Under the pieces are notes generated by a model. The model saw only the letters and a list, made by a program, of their open reading frames with translations, did no database searches and was not told the DNA's origin. The position numbers and the translations under genes were made by a program. Shown here one piece after another: positions 1-13,743 of a stretch of 64,000 nt of DNA. Location of the stretch: assembly GCF_009914755.1 (NCBI RefSeq), contig NC_060926.1. One strand, given 5' to 3'. This DNA is from the human T2T-CHM13v2.0 reference genome, Homo sapiens. Numbering within the stretch: position 1 is the first letter of the stretch; each line of letters begins with the position of its first letter.

Positions 1-720
1 TCAAAACCACAATGAGATACCATCTCACGCCAGTTAGAATGGTGATCATTAAAAAGTCAGGAAACAACAGGTGCTGGAGAGGATGTGGAGAAATAGGAAC
101 ACTTTTACACTGTTGGTGGGACTGTAAACTAGTTCAACCATTGTGGAAGACAGTGTGGCGATTCCTTAGGGATCTAGAACTAGAAATACCATTTGACCCA
201 GCCATCCCATTACTGGGTATATACCCAAAGGATTATAAATCATGCTTCTATAAAGACACATGCACACGTATGTTTATTGTGGCACTATTCACAATAGCAA
301 AGACTTGGAACCAACCCAAATGTCCATCAATGATAGACTGGATTAAGAAAATTTGGCACTTATACACCATGGAATACTGTGCAGCCATAAAAAATGATGA
401 GTTCATGTCCTTTGTAGGGACATGGATGAAGCTGGAAACCGTCCTTCTCAGCAAACTATCACAAGGACAAAAAACCAAACACTGCATGTTGTCACTCATA
501 GGTGGGAATTGAACAATGAGAACACTTGGACACAGGAAGGGGAACATCACACATCGGGGCCTGTTGTGGGGTGGGGGGATGGGGGAGGGATAGCATTAGG
601 GGATATACCTAATGTAAATGACGAGTTAATGGGTGCAGCACACCAACATGGCACATGTATACATATGTAACAAACCTGCACATTGTGCGCATGTACCCTA
701 GAACTTAAAGTATAATAAAA
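1..720 (+). mobile_element. L1PA (approx. PA3-PA5) 3' end: ORF2 C-terminus and 3'UTR; continues beyond the left edge of the window
   Basis: ORF 12..512 is the L1 ORF2 C-terminal cysteine-rich domain ([18 protein letters not shown]). G-rich 3'UTR ends ...gaacttaaagtataataaaa. Confidence 0.95.
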
Positions 721-1499
721 CATAATAATAATAAAGTAAATTCAGTTTGTGATGTCAAAAAAAAAAGTATTGCTTTAGCATCTCTTCAATGAGGAAAAAG
801 GTAGATTAAATAATGTCCCTGGACTTACCCACTGATGAAAACTAGTATGTGAGAGAGTCCTAGTAAGAGGGAAGAGGCAGAAGATACTGACTGTGGTATG
901 AAGAAGAGAAGGCAGAAATACTTCTCTGAGAACTTGCCTCATTCATCTTTGTCTCTCCCACAATGAAGAGCGTGGTGCCATGGACCTAGGGAGCTACTGG
1001 ATTGCAGTGGGAAAAGCACAGGCCATGAGTTGAAAAACTTAAGTTTTTTTTCTAGTGCTCTGTTTACTAGAGGAAGATCCTGAACATTTTGCTTAATCTC
1101 CTTGAGAAAAGTTCAAATCTTCAAAATAGAAATAATAACAGTATTTATCTTCAAGCGTTGTTGGCGATGTATGTTAAGGTACGATGCATAGCACCCAGAC
1201 AGAAATAAGCCTTATTAAGCAATTTCAGTAAGAAGCATTGCTGACTTAGGTTTGACTACTTTGGGCCTCAAATCTTGACTCCAGGATCCAGTGGAGATTA
1301 TTCCAGGTAGACTTCTTTGACCAAGCATGGTGAGATTCTTTAATTTGGGAAAAATAGTTATATTTGGGGGAATTATACATAATTTATCATGCAACTTAGT
1401 ATAAATATGTACCATAAAACTTGAAAGCATGTGCAATGGGTTTCTAATTTAAAATTCCAGCTCCTGTCTTTTTTTTTTTTTGGTCCTCTTTTAATTCTT

Positions 1500-2640
1500 T
1501 CCTTTAAAAGAAAATTTCAAACGATCTCAAATTTATAATAGAAATGTAAGAACAATAAAAGCACTTTTAAAAAACCATTTGAGACTAAGTTGCTGGTGTG
1601 ATGGCCTTCACCTCCAAATACTTTAGTATGTATTTCTTAGAAATAAAGGCATTCTCTTACATATTAATAATTGCAATATGGTAAAAAAAAAATCAGGAAA
1701 TTAACATGGCATACTACTACCATCCAATTCTAAGATCCCATTCAAATTTCACTTATATTGTCCCAATGATTTCTTTGTAGCAGAAGAATTCAGTTTAGTT
1801 TTAAATCATTTATCATCATTGTTATTTTTTGTAAGAGATGAGGTGTTGCTGTAGCCCAGGCTGGTCTTGAACTCCTGAGCTCAAGCGCTCCTCCCACCTC
1901 AGCCTCCCCTGGCATGACCTACCATGCCTGGTTCAGAATTCAGTTTAGAATCATGTGTGATTTTAGTTGTTTCACTAGTGTGTAATAGTTCCTCAGTTTG
2001 TCCTTGACATTTACAACATTTTTGAAGATTATAGGCCAGTTATGTTATATAATTTCTCTCAATTTGGATTTGTCTGATGTTCACTCATGATTAGATCCAT
2101 TTATGCATCTGTGGCAGGAATATCACAGAGGTGATGTTATATATTTTCATGCCTTCTCTCAAGTGGCAGAGGATATCTGTTTGACTCATTACTGTTGATG
2201 TGTTCACACTGATCACTTTAAAGGCAGTGTCTGTTGGGGTTTCCACTGTAAAGTTACTTTTTCCCCCTTTGTCATTGGTATTTTGGGAAGGTCCTTTGAA
2301 ACCACCCAAATATCCTATTTTTTATCAAGCTTTCAATTTATTTAGCATGGACTCATTAATTTCTAGTTCATTTAATGGATTATAGTCAGTTACTGTCATT
2401 ATTTTGATGCTCAATATTACTTCTGTATATCTACCCAAATATGTTAAACAACCATTTTCATACTGATACCTCCAATTCCAATTCAACACACTGGGTTCAT
2501 TCTGTTTTTCTCTTTATGCATATTTGTAACTTCCTTCTCTGAAAGTGATAAATCTGGTTCACATTATCCTTAATATATTACTGTAACATAATATATAGGT
2601 TACACACATATATATTATATCCATCCCCCTTTATGTAACC
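1500..2640 (-). mobile_element. Ancient L1M (L1MC/L1ME-like) 3' fragment
   Basis: Diverged L1M-like motifs (ttggatttgtctgatgt..., ttccactgtaaagttact); boundaries approximate. Confidence 0.5.
1799..1934 (-). mobile_element. FLAM-type Alu monomer
   Basis: cccaggctggtcttgaactcctgagctcaag monomer; 14-bp TSD agaattcagtttag at 1785-1798 and 1935-1948. Confidence 0.85.
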
Positions 2641-2839
2641 AACTTGCTACTGTTGCTCCTGCCCCCTCCCTTGGGTGTGCACTCCCTTCACTCTGCCTGG
2701 GCTCTGACACCCTGCACCAAGTTGCTTCTCTATGTGAACATCTTTCTTCCTCTCCTCTGGACCACTCTAGAGCTCCCTCTTCCACCATGCATTCAACCCT
2801 TGTCCTTCTTGAATCCAGCCTTCCAAAGCTCGTAGAATA

Positions 2840-3390
2840 CTGTAAAACAGTCTGATTATGTCATTACTCACTTTGTAATCCCTTTCCACATTGCCCTTAA
2901 AATAAAACAAGTTCCTTAACTAAAATGCATTAAGGCTGTTTACGCTCTGGCCCTTAAATGTGTTCAGCTTTGTCTTTCACCCTTCTCACCAGTATCCAGT
3001 ATTTCATCCTTCCTGAACAGTCCCTTGAATGTACCATGTGCCCTTCTACTTCAGTGACTTTCCGTGTGCTGTCATCTCTTCCATCCACCCCCTTATCCTT
3101 TTTACTCCCTTGGATCATTTGGATTCCTTCCAACTAGGACCATTACCTCTTCCTTGAAAAGCCTCATGTGATGCCCAGTCGTGCCCTCTCTTGCATCCTT
3201 CCTTTGTCCGGCTGCAGGTGCACATCTCTCTTATCATATGCCTTTATTGTAACAATTTCAGCCTAATGAATAGTTTAGTTGTTTATTTTTCCCACTAGAC
3301 TGTGAAGATTTTGAGGGCGTAGATCCTTAGTGCCTTTAGGTGTTGCCCAACACATAGTGGGGCATTAATACATGTTTGTTGAATGAATTC
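2840..3390 (+). mobile_element. L2 3' fragment
   Basis: Ends in an L2-type terminus (cacatagtggggcattaatacatgtttgttgaatgaat). Confidence 0.6.
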
Positions 3391-4645
3391 TGTATTAATG
3401 AATCCTGAGGCTGGCCCCAAACTTATACTCAGTATAGCAGGAAAATGGAATTGAAGACAGGAGAAAAGAAAAAGAATCAGCAACATCCATTGCCCATGCT
3501 GCATAGGCAGTAGTGGGTCCAGCCTTGGTTTATCTGAGGGGAAAGTCCAGTTTATTTTATTGGAGCATTAGGAGGATTATTTTGCTGTTCCGTTTTTTTT
3601 TTAAACATAGTTTTGTTTGTTTTTATGTTTGTTTATTTTTTAACATAGTTTGTGAAGCCTGCTTTGTACTGTTTTACAGGTTTTCACATATATATATATG
3701 GCAACATTTGATTTAGCAGTAGACCCAAGAAACCTAGCTTAAAGGCCCAACCTAGTCTGCTATCTTAATTGCATTCTTTCTTGCCTATTTAGTATAAAAT
3801 TTTTTGAGAACTTGTCTCATTCAAGTTGAATCATTCCAATGTGAACTAGAAATGTTAAGCTGTTAATAGCTTCCCTGGAGAATTGCAACTTGCTAGGATG
3901 CTTCAATACTTTCATCATCATTTATGCATCGTGAAATGTCACAATTTCTGTTCATAAGCACGAAACTATAAATGTTCATCAATTGGTCTATCTTAAACCT
4001 GTTATTAGTTTAGAAATTAAAGAAATATTCTTACTAACCCAAGCCAGTGATAAAGTCTGACTGAATTTATGGTTCTTCTAAATCTGTTCATCAGCACTTC
4101 TATAATTAGTAAAGTTCTAACAAAGCCACCTACTCAATAGTTATGCTAAGTCCAACATTTATAGTTTTTCATTTAGGGAGCTATTAATATAATATGTTCT
4201 TCCTTTTATGAATATTTCTATTCTTCATAACTCAGTGTAGAGACACTTTTGATCTCTCTTCCTCTTTGGGATCTTGCATTTCCTTTTTTATTCACACAGA
4301 CCTCATTTAGTAAGTGACAAAGAATTTTCAAAGCAAATTTGGATATAGCAGAATGATGTCGTGAAAAAAAAACATTGATGCAGGAATCAGCAGTCATGGG
4401 TTTTGGTTTCATCTCTGTATCTAATTAGCTCTACATATTGGACAGATAACTTCCGTTATCTCAGTTCTGGAAGTTATCTCAGTTTCTCCCTTCGTAAATT
4501 TGTGAAATTTTGGTGTTGAAATCAAGAGTTACAAACTTTACTTTTTAATATACTAGAAATATTTTTACAAATGAATCTTTCTCCTGCAATGATTATATAA
4601 AACAGAATAGTAGCCACTACAGCTGACCAGGGGAGGAAGGGCTGA

Positions 4646-5015
<370 letters not shown>

Positions 5016-5856
5016 AAGACACATACTCTTAAGGTACATTTGATCCCTACTTCTCACAACATAGGCTGTCAACCGCTGAATCAGATGTCTAAGGTCCTTT
5101 TTACCTTTAACATTTTCTGATTTTCTTTACTCCTGATCCCTGGTTATACCATTATACCAATGGCACAGCTTCACTGATATCACTGACCCAAAGGGGATAG
5201 TCTCGCCCATGCCAGCTCTCTCCACCTGACGCCTTTCTCTGGCTCATCCGGGGTATATGGACGTGACCAGTATGAAAAGTATTTGAGAAGTACCTTGTTG
5301 TACTTTTCAGTTTCTACTATGATTCTTCCTCCCTTTTATCCAAGTTTTTGGAATATGCCATAGGTGCTTATTCTCTTTTCTTTATTTTTTTTATTGTGGT
5401 AAAATATATATAACATAAAAACCATCTTAACCATTTTTTAGTTACAGTTCAGTGATATTAGGTACATTGATAATAATGTTGTGCGACCATCATGACATCC
5501 GTTTCTGTAACTTTCTCACTTTCTCATTTTATAAAACTAAAACTCTAAACCTGTTAAAGAAATCATCCCCCTGGAAACCACCATTCCACTTTCTGTCACT
5601 GCGATTTTGACTACTCTCAAACTTCAGATAAGTGGAATTGTGCAGTACTGTTTGTCTTTTTTGTGACTGGCTAATTTAGTTAGTATAATGTCCTCGAGGT
5701 TCATCCACGTTGTAGGATGTCAGAATTTTCTTTTTTTGTAAGGCTGGATAATATTCCATATATGTGTACATATATACCATGTTTTGCTTTTCCATTCATC
5801 TGTTGATGGACACTTGGGTTGCTTCTACTTTTTAGCTAATGTGAATAATGCTATTA

Positions 5857-6342
<486 letters not shown>

Positions 6343-6439
6343 CTACCCCCAACAGTGCACAAGTGCTCCAGTTTCTTGACATTCTCGCCAACACTTGCTA
6401 TTATTTTGGATAGTAGCCATCCTAATGGATTTGAGGTGA

Positions 6440-6868
<429 letters not shown>

Positions 6869-7611
6869 TGAGGTTGTTTGGTTTTTTTGTTACTGAGTTT
6901 AGTAATTCTCTGTATATTCTGGATATTAATCCCTTATCAGATATATAATTTGACAATATTTTCTCCCATTTCATAGTTTGCCTTATTGGTATTTGTCTTT
7001 TTATGCAAATAGTTTTAAAATTTTCATGAAGTACAATTTGTCTACTTTTTTATCACTTGTATACTTATTCTTAAATCCTAAACTTTGTGTAAAATATCTT
7101 CCACTCTCCTAGACCAGTGAAACATCATAGTTCATCTGTGTTCTCCTGTTTAATCATAGGATAATACTTCAGTGTGTTGCTTTTCAGTTCTTTTTTTCAT
7201 CTTTGGACCCGTTTTCTTTTTCTTAATTGTCAGTCCTCTAAGCCAGTGCTTCTTAAACTTCAGTGCACATACAAATAACCTAGGAATTTGTTAAAATATC
7301 CCCCAGGTGTAGCTGATGCTGTTGCTTTGGGTAGCAAGGCTCTAAATGAAGTCATCCGCTCATCCAGGCTTCAGCTGCCTACTGTTCACAAGTTCATGCT
7401 ACACCCTCATTTGGGTGCTGATACTGGTCCTCCTGTCTCTACACATTTTGAGCTAGATGTTCTGAAAACCGGAAGAGGTAGAATGATGTCCACTGAAAAA
7501 CATCCATAGCTTACTATTTAGCATTATGCAGTCTGGGAAAGCCAGAGCCTCTTTCCTCACCTTTTACCACTTCTAGAAGATGTTCATACTTTTTCTTGAG
7601 ATACCCATTAC

Positions 7612-7612
<1 letters not shown>

Positions 7613-7695
<83 letters not shown>

Positions 7696-7817
7696 TCCCC
7701 TCCCTCCCTCCCTCCCTCCCTCCCTCCCTCCCTCCCTCCCTCCCTCCCTTCCTTCCTTCCTTCCTTCCTTCCTTCCTTCCTTCCTTCCTTCCTTCCTTCC
7801 TTCCTTCCTTCCTTCCT
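7613..7817. repeat. Compound tetranucleotide STR (TTTC)~21(CCCT)~13(CCTT)~17
   Basis: Read directly; occupies the position of the poly(A) tail of the adjacent minus-strand L1. Confidence 0.97.
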
Positions 7818-9578
7818 TTAAGTTCTGGGATTCATGTGCAGAATGTGCAGGTTTGTTACATAGGTATACATGTGCCATGCTGGTTTGCTGTACCCACCAA
7901 CCTGTCATCTACATTAGGTATTTCTCCTAATGCTATCCCTCCCCTAGCCCCCTACCCCCTGACAGGCCCTGGTGTGTGATGTTCCCCTTCTTGTGTCCAT
8001 GTGTTCTCATTCTTCAACTCCCACTTATGAGTGAGAACATGCGGTGTTTGGTTTTCTGTTCTTGTGTTAGTTTGCTGAGAATGGTGGTTTCCAGCATCAT
8101 CCATGTCCCTGCAAAGGACATGAACTCATCCTTTTTTATGACTGGATAGTATTCTATGATGTATATATGCCATATTTTCTTTTTCCAGGCTATCATTGAT
8201 GGGCATTTGGGTTGGCTCCAAGTCTTTGCTATTGTGAATAGTGCTGCAATAAACATATGTGTGCATGTGTCTTTATAGTAAAATGATTTATAATCCTTTG
8301 GGTATATACCCAGTAATGGGATTGCTGGGTCAAATGGTATTTCTAGTTCTAGATCCTTGAGGAATCGCCACACTGTCTTCCACAATGGTTGAACTAATTT
8401 ACACTCTCAACAGTGTAAAAGTGTTCGTATTTCTCCACATCCTTGCCAGCATCTGTTGTTTCCTGACTTTTTAATGATTGCCATTCTAACTGGCATGAGA
8501 TGGTATCTCATTGTGGCTTTGATTTGCATTTCTCTAATGACCGGTGATGATGAGCTTTTTTCATGTTTGTTGGCCACATAAATGTCTTCTTTTGAAAAGT
8601 GTCTGTTCATATCCTTTGCCCACTTTTTGATGGGGTTGTTTGTTATTTTCTTGTAAATTTGTTTGAGTTCCTTGTAGATTCTGGATATTAGCTCTTTGTC
8701 AGATGGATAGATTGCAAAAATTTTCTCCCATTCTGTAGGTTGCCTGTTCACTCTGATGATAGTTTCTTTTGCTGTGCAGAAGCTCTTTAGTTTAATTAGA
8801 TCCCATTTGTCAAATTTGTCTTTTGTTGCCATTGCTTTTGGCGTTTTAGTCATGAAGTCTTTGCCCATGCCTGTGTCCTGATGGATTAAATCTTTAATCC
8901 ATCTTGAGTTGATTTTTGTATAAGGTGTAAGGAAGGGTTCAATTTCAGTTTTCTGCATAAGGATAGCCAGTTTTCCCAACGCTATGCAATAGGGAATCTT
9001 TTCCCCATTGCTTGTTTTTGTCAGGTTTGTCAAAGATCAGATGATTGTAGATGTGTGGTGTTATTTCTGAGGTCTCTGTTCTGTTCCATTGGTCTGTATA
9101 TCTATTTTGGTACCAGTACCATGCTGTTTTGGTTGCTGTAGCCTGGTAGTGTAGTTTGAAGTCAGGTAGCGTGATGCCTCCAGCTCTGTTCTTTTTGCTT
9201 AGAATTGTCTTGGCTCTATGGGCTCTTTTTTGGTTCCATATGAAATTTAAGGTAGTTTTTTCTAATTCTGTGAAGAAAGTCAATTGTAGCTTGATGGGAA
9301 TAGCATTGAATCTATGAATTACTTTGGGCAGTAGGGCCATTTTTACGATATTGATTCTTCCTATCTATGAGCATGGAATGTTTTTCCATTTGTTTGTGTC
9401 CTCTCTTATTTTCTTGAGCAATGGTTTGTAGTTCTTGAAGAGATCCTTCACATCCCTTGTAAGTTGTATTCCTAGGTATTTTATTCTCTTTGTAGCAGTT
9501 GTGAATGGGAGTACACTCATGATTTGGCTCCCTGTTTGCTTATGATTGGTGTGTATAGGAATGCTTGTGATTTTTGCA
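7818..9578 (-). mobile_element. L1PA (approx. PA7) 3' part, 5'-truncated
   Basis: ORF2 fragments 8014..8385, 8407..9033, 8945..9340 and 9365..9613; 3'UTR adjoins the STR. Confidence 0.95.
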
Positions 9579-9580
9579 TG

Positions 9581-9922
9581 CAATAAACTGGATATTGATG
9601 GAATGTATCTCAAAATAATAAGAGCTATTTATGATAAACACAAAGCCAATATCACACTGAATGGGCAAAAGCTGGCAGCATTCCCTTTGAAAACTAGCAC
9701 AAGACAAGGATGTACTCTCTCACCACTTCTGTTCAACATAATATTGGAAGTTCTGGCCAGGGCAATCAGGCAAGAGAAAGAAATAAAGAGTATTCAAACA
9801 GGAAGAGAGGAAGTCAAATTACCTCTGTTTGCAGATGACATGATTGGATATTTAGAAAACCCATCGTCTCAGCCCCAAAACTCCTTAAGCTGATAAGCGA
9901 CTCTAGCAAAGTCTCAGCATAC
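9581..9922 (+). mobile_element. Inverted 5' segment of the same L1 (RT domain)
   Basis: ORF 9546..9893 contains [20 protein letters not shown] and the FADD RT motif, in the opposite orientation to the rest of the element. Confidence 0.92.
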
Positions 9923-10768
9923 TCTCTTGCTTTCTTTATCTCTTTTCTTTTAAAAGCATAATGTCAGAAAAGAGTCTAACGAATTCATTCTCGGTATATA
10001 GAAACAACTGAGGAGTTCTTCATCCTTTCCTCATAGGGCTCTTGATAATTAATCACGTATTACCTTGTAGGATCTCCTATTGAAGAAGAAGGAAGAAACT
10101 TCTCTCATTTTCATGTGTTTATATTGACCTCTTTGAGGAGTGGGACTGATTCTTACAATCCTTCTGTTTTTCTTTATTATGCTTGTCACAATGCCTTACA
10201 CGTGGTTGGCAAATCATGAGTGTTGACTCAGTGAACACCATATAATGTGTTGTTTAGAAGTTTATTGGCTCTAGTTTTAGGAGATCCGATTATGGTTAGA
10301 CATGGCAAAAAGATTGCTCTTGTTTTTCTGCACTCTAGGGTTTGATCATTCAGTTAAGTGTACAGATCCAAATTTTCCTCCTATTCCAAGGCATGATCTA
10401 AACCTGGGGAGAAATGGCCTATTCTGCCCAAACTTATACCAACTGATTTACATTGGAAAGTCAAGTTAATAATTTCAATAGATTTCTGTTGTGTCTACTA
10501 AGGAAGTCTGCTTTTGAAACCCAGTTTTGAAACAGTAATTTACTGGCAAATATATGTAGTCATTCATATACACATTCATACATTTGTTTTTCAGATATTT
10601 ATTGGGTGCCTGTTTTTGTGGTAAGCACCATACTGGACACCAAATACAAAATATGAAACAAATACAAAATGAATATATTAATTCATTTTGTATACAAAAA
10701 TGAATGAAACAGTCATTGCTCTTAAGGAACCCAATCAGATAAATGATAACACATATGTAAATAACTTT

Positions 10769-10772
<4 letters not shown>

Positions 10773-10814
<42 letters not shown>
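10773..10814. repeat. (CA)21 microsatellite
   Basis: Perfect dinucleotide run. Confidence 0.98.
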
Positions 10815-10817
<3 letters not shown>

Positions 10818-10952
10818 CAATCAAATACTATCATATTTGGGTGAACCTAAAAACCTGTAGGATTTTAGAGGAGAGACCATTACATGAGCTGGTAGGATAA
10901 AGGAAGTCTCATGAGAGGATATGACTTCTAAATTGAACTTAAAAGAGTAGGT

Positions 10953-11390
<438 letters not shown>

Positions 11391-11393
11391 TCA

Positions 11394-11751
<358 letters not shown>

Positions 11752-12974
11752 TCAGGCTAATGTAGATGGAGGAGGGCTTTTGAGGCTGGGAGAAATATAT
11801 GGTATTTACACTGGTTCTCAGAGCTCATTTTCTGTACAGGGCCTTCCCATAGACAGTTCCAGAGGGATATGGCTCCAGGCCTCTCTTTTTCAACTCTAAG
11901 CTGCCCTTTAGGTTCTACAGATAACAATATGCAAATCAAAAGACCTCTGATCACGTCAAGGGGAGACTCTCTAGTGGGCTCCATTCTCTAACGCTTGTGG
12001 TTTGTGATGGTCTCCAGTTAATGAGCATGTGCTGCCAGGTATCTGAAATAACTTGGAAATAACCAATTGCTTAGTTGCCATGGGCACAGACAGTCTGAGC
12101 CAAGTGACCTGCTGGCTGGGTGGGTAGGAACAAAGGTGTTATTAGCTTCTAGGGTGGCTTTCCCTTCTGTCTTCACTCACAGAGCCACCTGGGAAGAATC
12201 GCTAAACTCCAGAATTCACAGCAACCTGGAGAGGAGAGGACAGGGTGTAGCTTTAATAGCAGGAAGAATAGCATGGTTTTGAAAAGGATATCAGACCAAG
12301 AGTCTGAAAGAAATAAGGCAAGTGAAACTAACTTATTGAGCACCTTCCTCATGCCTGGATCTTGCTGGGCACTTCCACGTACATTTGCAAAAGCTGTGTA
12401 AACCTTTTTGCTTCTCCAAATACCCACATTTAGCATGTCATATGGAAAAAAAATGAAAGCATGTGATCTCTTTGACAAAAATTTTGTCTATAGCTAGAAG
12501 ATCATCATATTCGTGTAGTTGTTGCATGATAAACTGGCAAAACATTTCATGTATTCAAATGGCATACTCCTATGGATTTTCTGCCTTTAGCATTGGCACC
12601 TCTGATACCTTTTCCTTCATTGATTGAAGAGGAGCAGTGAGTGCAAGGTGTTCTAAGGCCCAGGATGTGTTACTGTGCTGTTTTAAGTCCACCAAGATGA
12701 GAGGCAGCAAGTCCAGAGAACTAGCCTAGCTATAGCCAGAGCCTGGTACTGCAGGCAGATTGCTCTAGCAAAGCTTTCCTCTGGCAGGTAAGGAGGCATG
12801 CAGCTTATCTGTGTCCTCAGAGCCCTTTGAGGTTCTGATGAAGGCCCAGCATTCCACACTGTGTAGTAAGTATTCAAATAACCCAGAGATGAAAGCCCTT
12901 TTTAGCACTTAATTCTGTAGAGTTTGATTTACCGTGGTGTCATCTGTGTTCGTTTAATAATTTACCAGAGAAAA

Positions 12975-13456
12975 TGTTGGTTATAAGTGAAGGAAAACCA
13001 CTTCAAACCAGCTTAGGCATATAGTGCAATTTATTAGCTTTCCAAAGCTAGGAGCAGATTGAATAGTCAAACCACAGTAAGAGCAGGGACACAGCTGCAC
13101 CAAGACCCACAGGAACTAAGGGTGTGGATGCTGCCTGGACTCTCTCCTCTCTTGCCTGCACTTCTCCCAGCAGGTTGGCTTTATTCTCTCCCACCACAGC
13201 CTGGTCTCTTCTATATATGGGAAATATGGCAGCTCACCATTTCTTCTGCATCTGCAGAGACTGGCCTACATTTAGTCACAAATCTTGAAGAAAGGACCAG
13301 CCTTTTCCTAGACCCATCAGCTGTTCCCAGGTATTAGGACAGGAAGCTCTTTGAGGGGCTTTACGGATTGGGGCCTGGGGGTGGGGTCTAGAAGAGAGAG
13401 AAGCTTCCTGAGAGAGGAGAGGGTATCAGGCAAGCAATATCACATATGTCCACTAT
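12975..13456. mobile_element. Old MaLR solo LTR (MLT1J/K-like)
   Basis: ggttataagtgaaggaaaaccacttcaaaccagcttag start and tgtccacta end resemble MLT1 termini. Confidence 0.5.
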
Positions 13457-13743
13457 ATCAACTGCAACTTTAAATCTTCCTATCCATTAAAAGAGCCACC
13501 TAAACGATTTAAGTGAATACATCTTCTACCTTTTCTTTAAGTTATGGAGACGTATTAAGGATGTGGTAAATGGTATTCATGTCTGTTTCATATGTGCTTA
13601 AATAAAAACTCACTATTGTTTAAACTTGTTGGGCTCTTGGATTAAAGTCTGGCACAAGGTTTTTATCAGCAGGAATGCATAACATCACAACTCAGAGAAA
13701 CTCAAAGATGTAGTTCAATATGATTCGTAAAACAGTTGCAAAA

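Noticed and set aside
12-512. L1 ORF2-like ORFs here and at 8014-9893, 13692-14357 and 21950-22790 as functional genes
   Set aside because: Truncated or frameshifted L1 fragments. The one at 12..512 is open, but its upstream part is outside the window.
7573-7979. ORFs over 110 aa made of KEGR/SFLP repeats
   Set aside because: Translation of the tetranucleotide STR.
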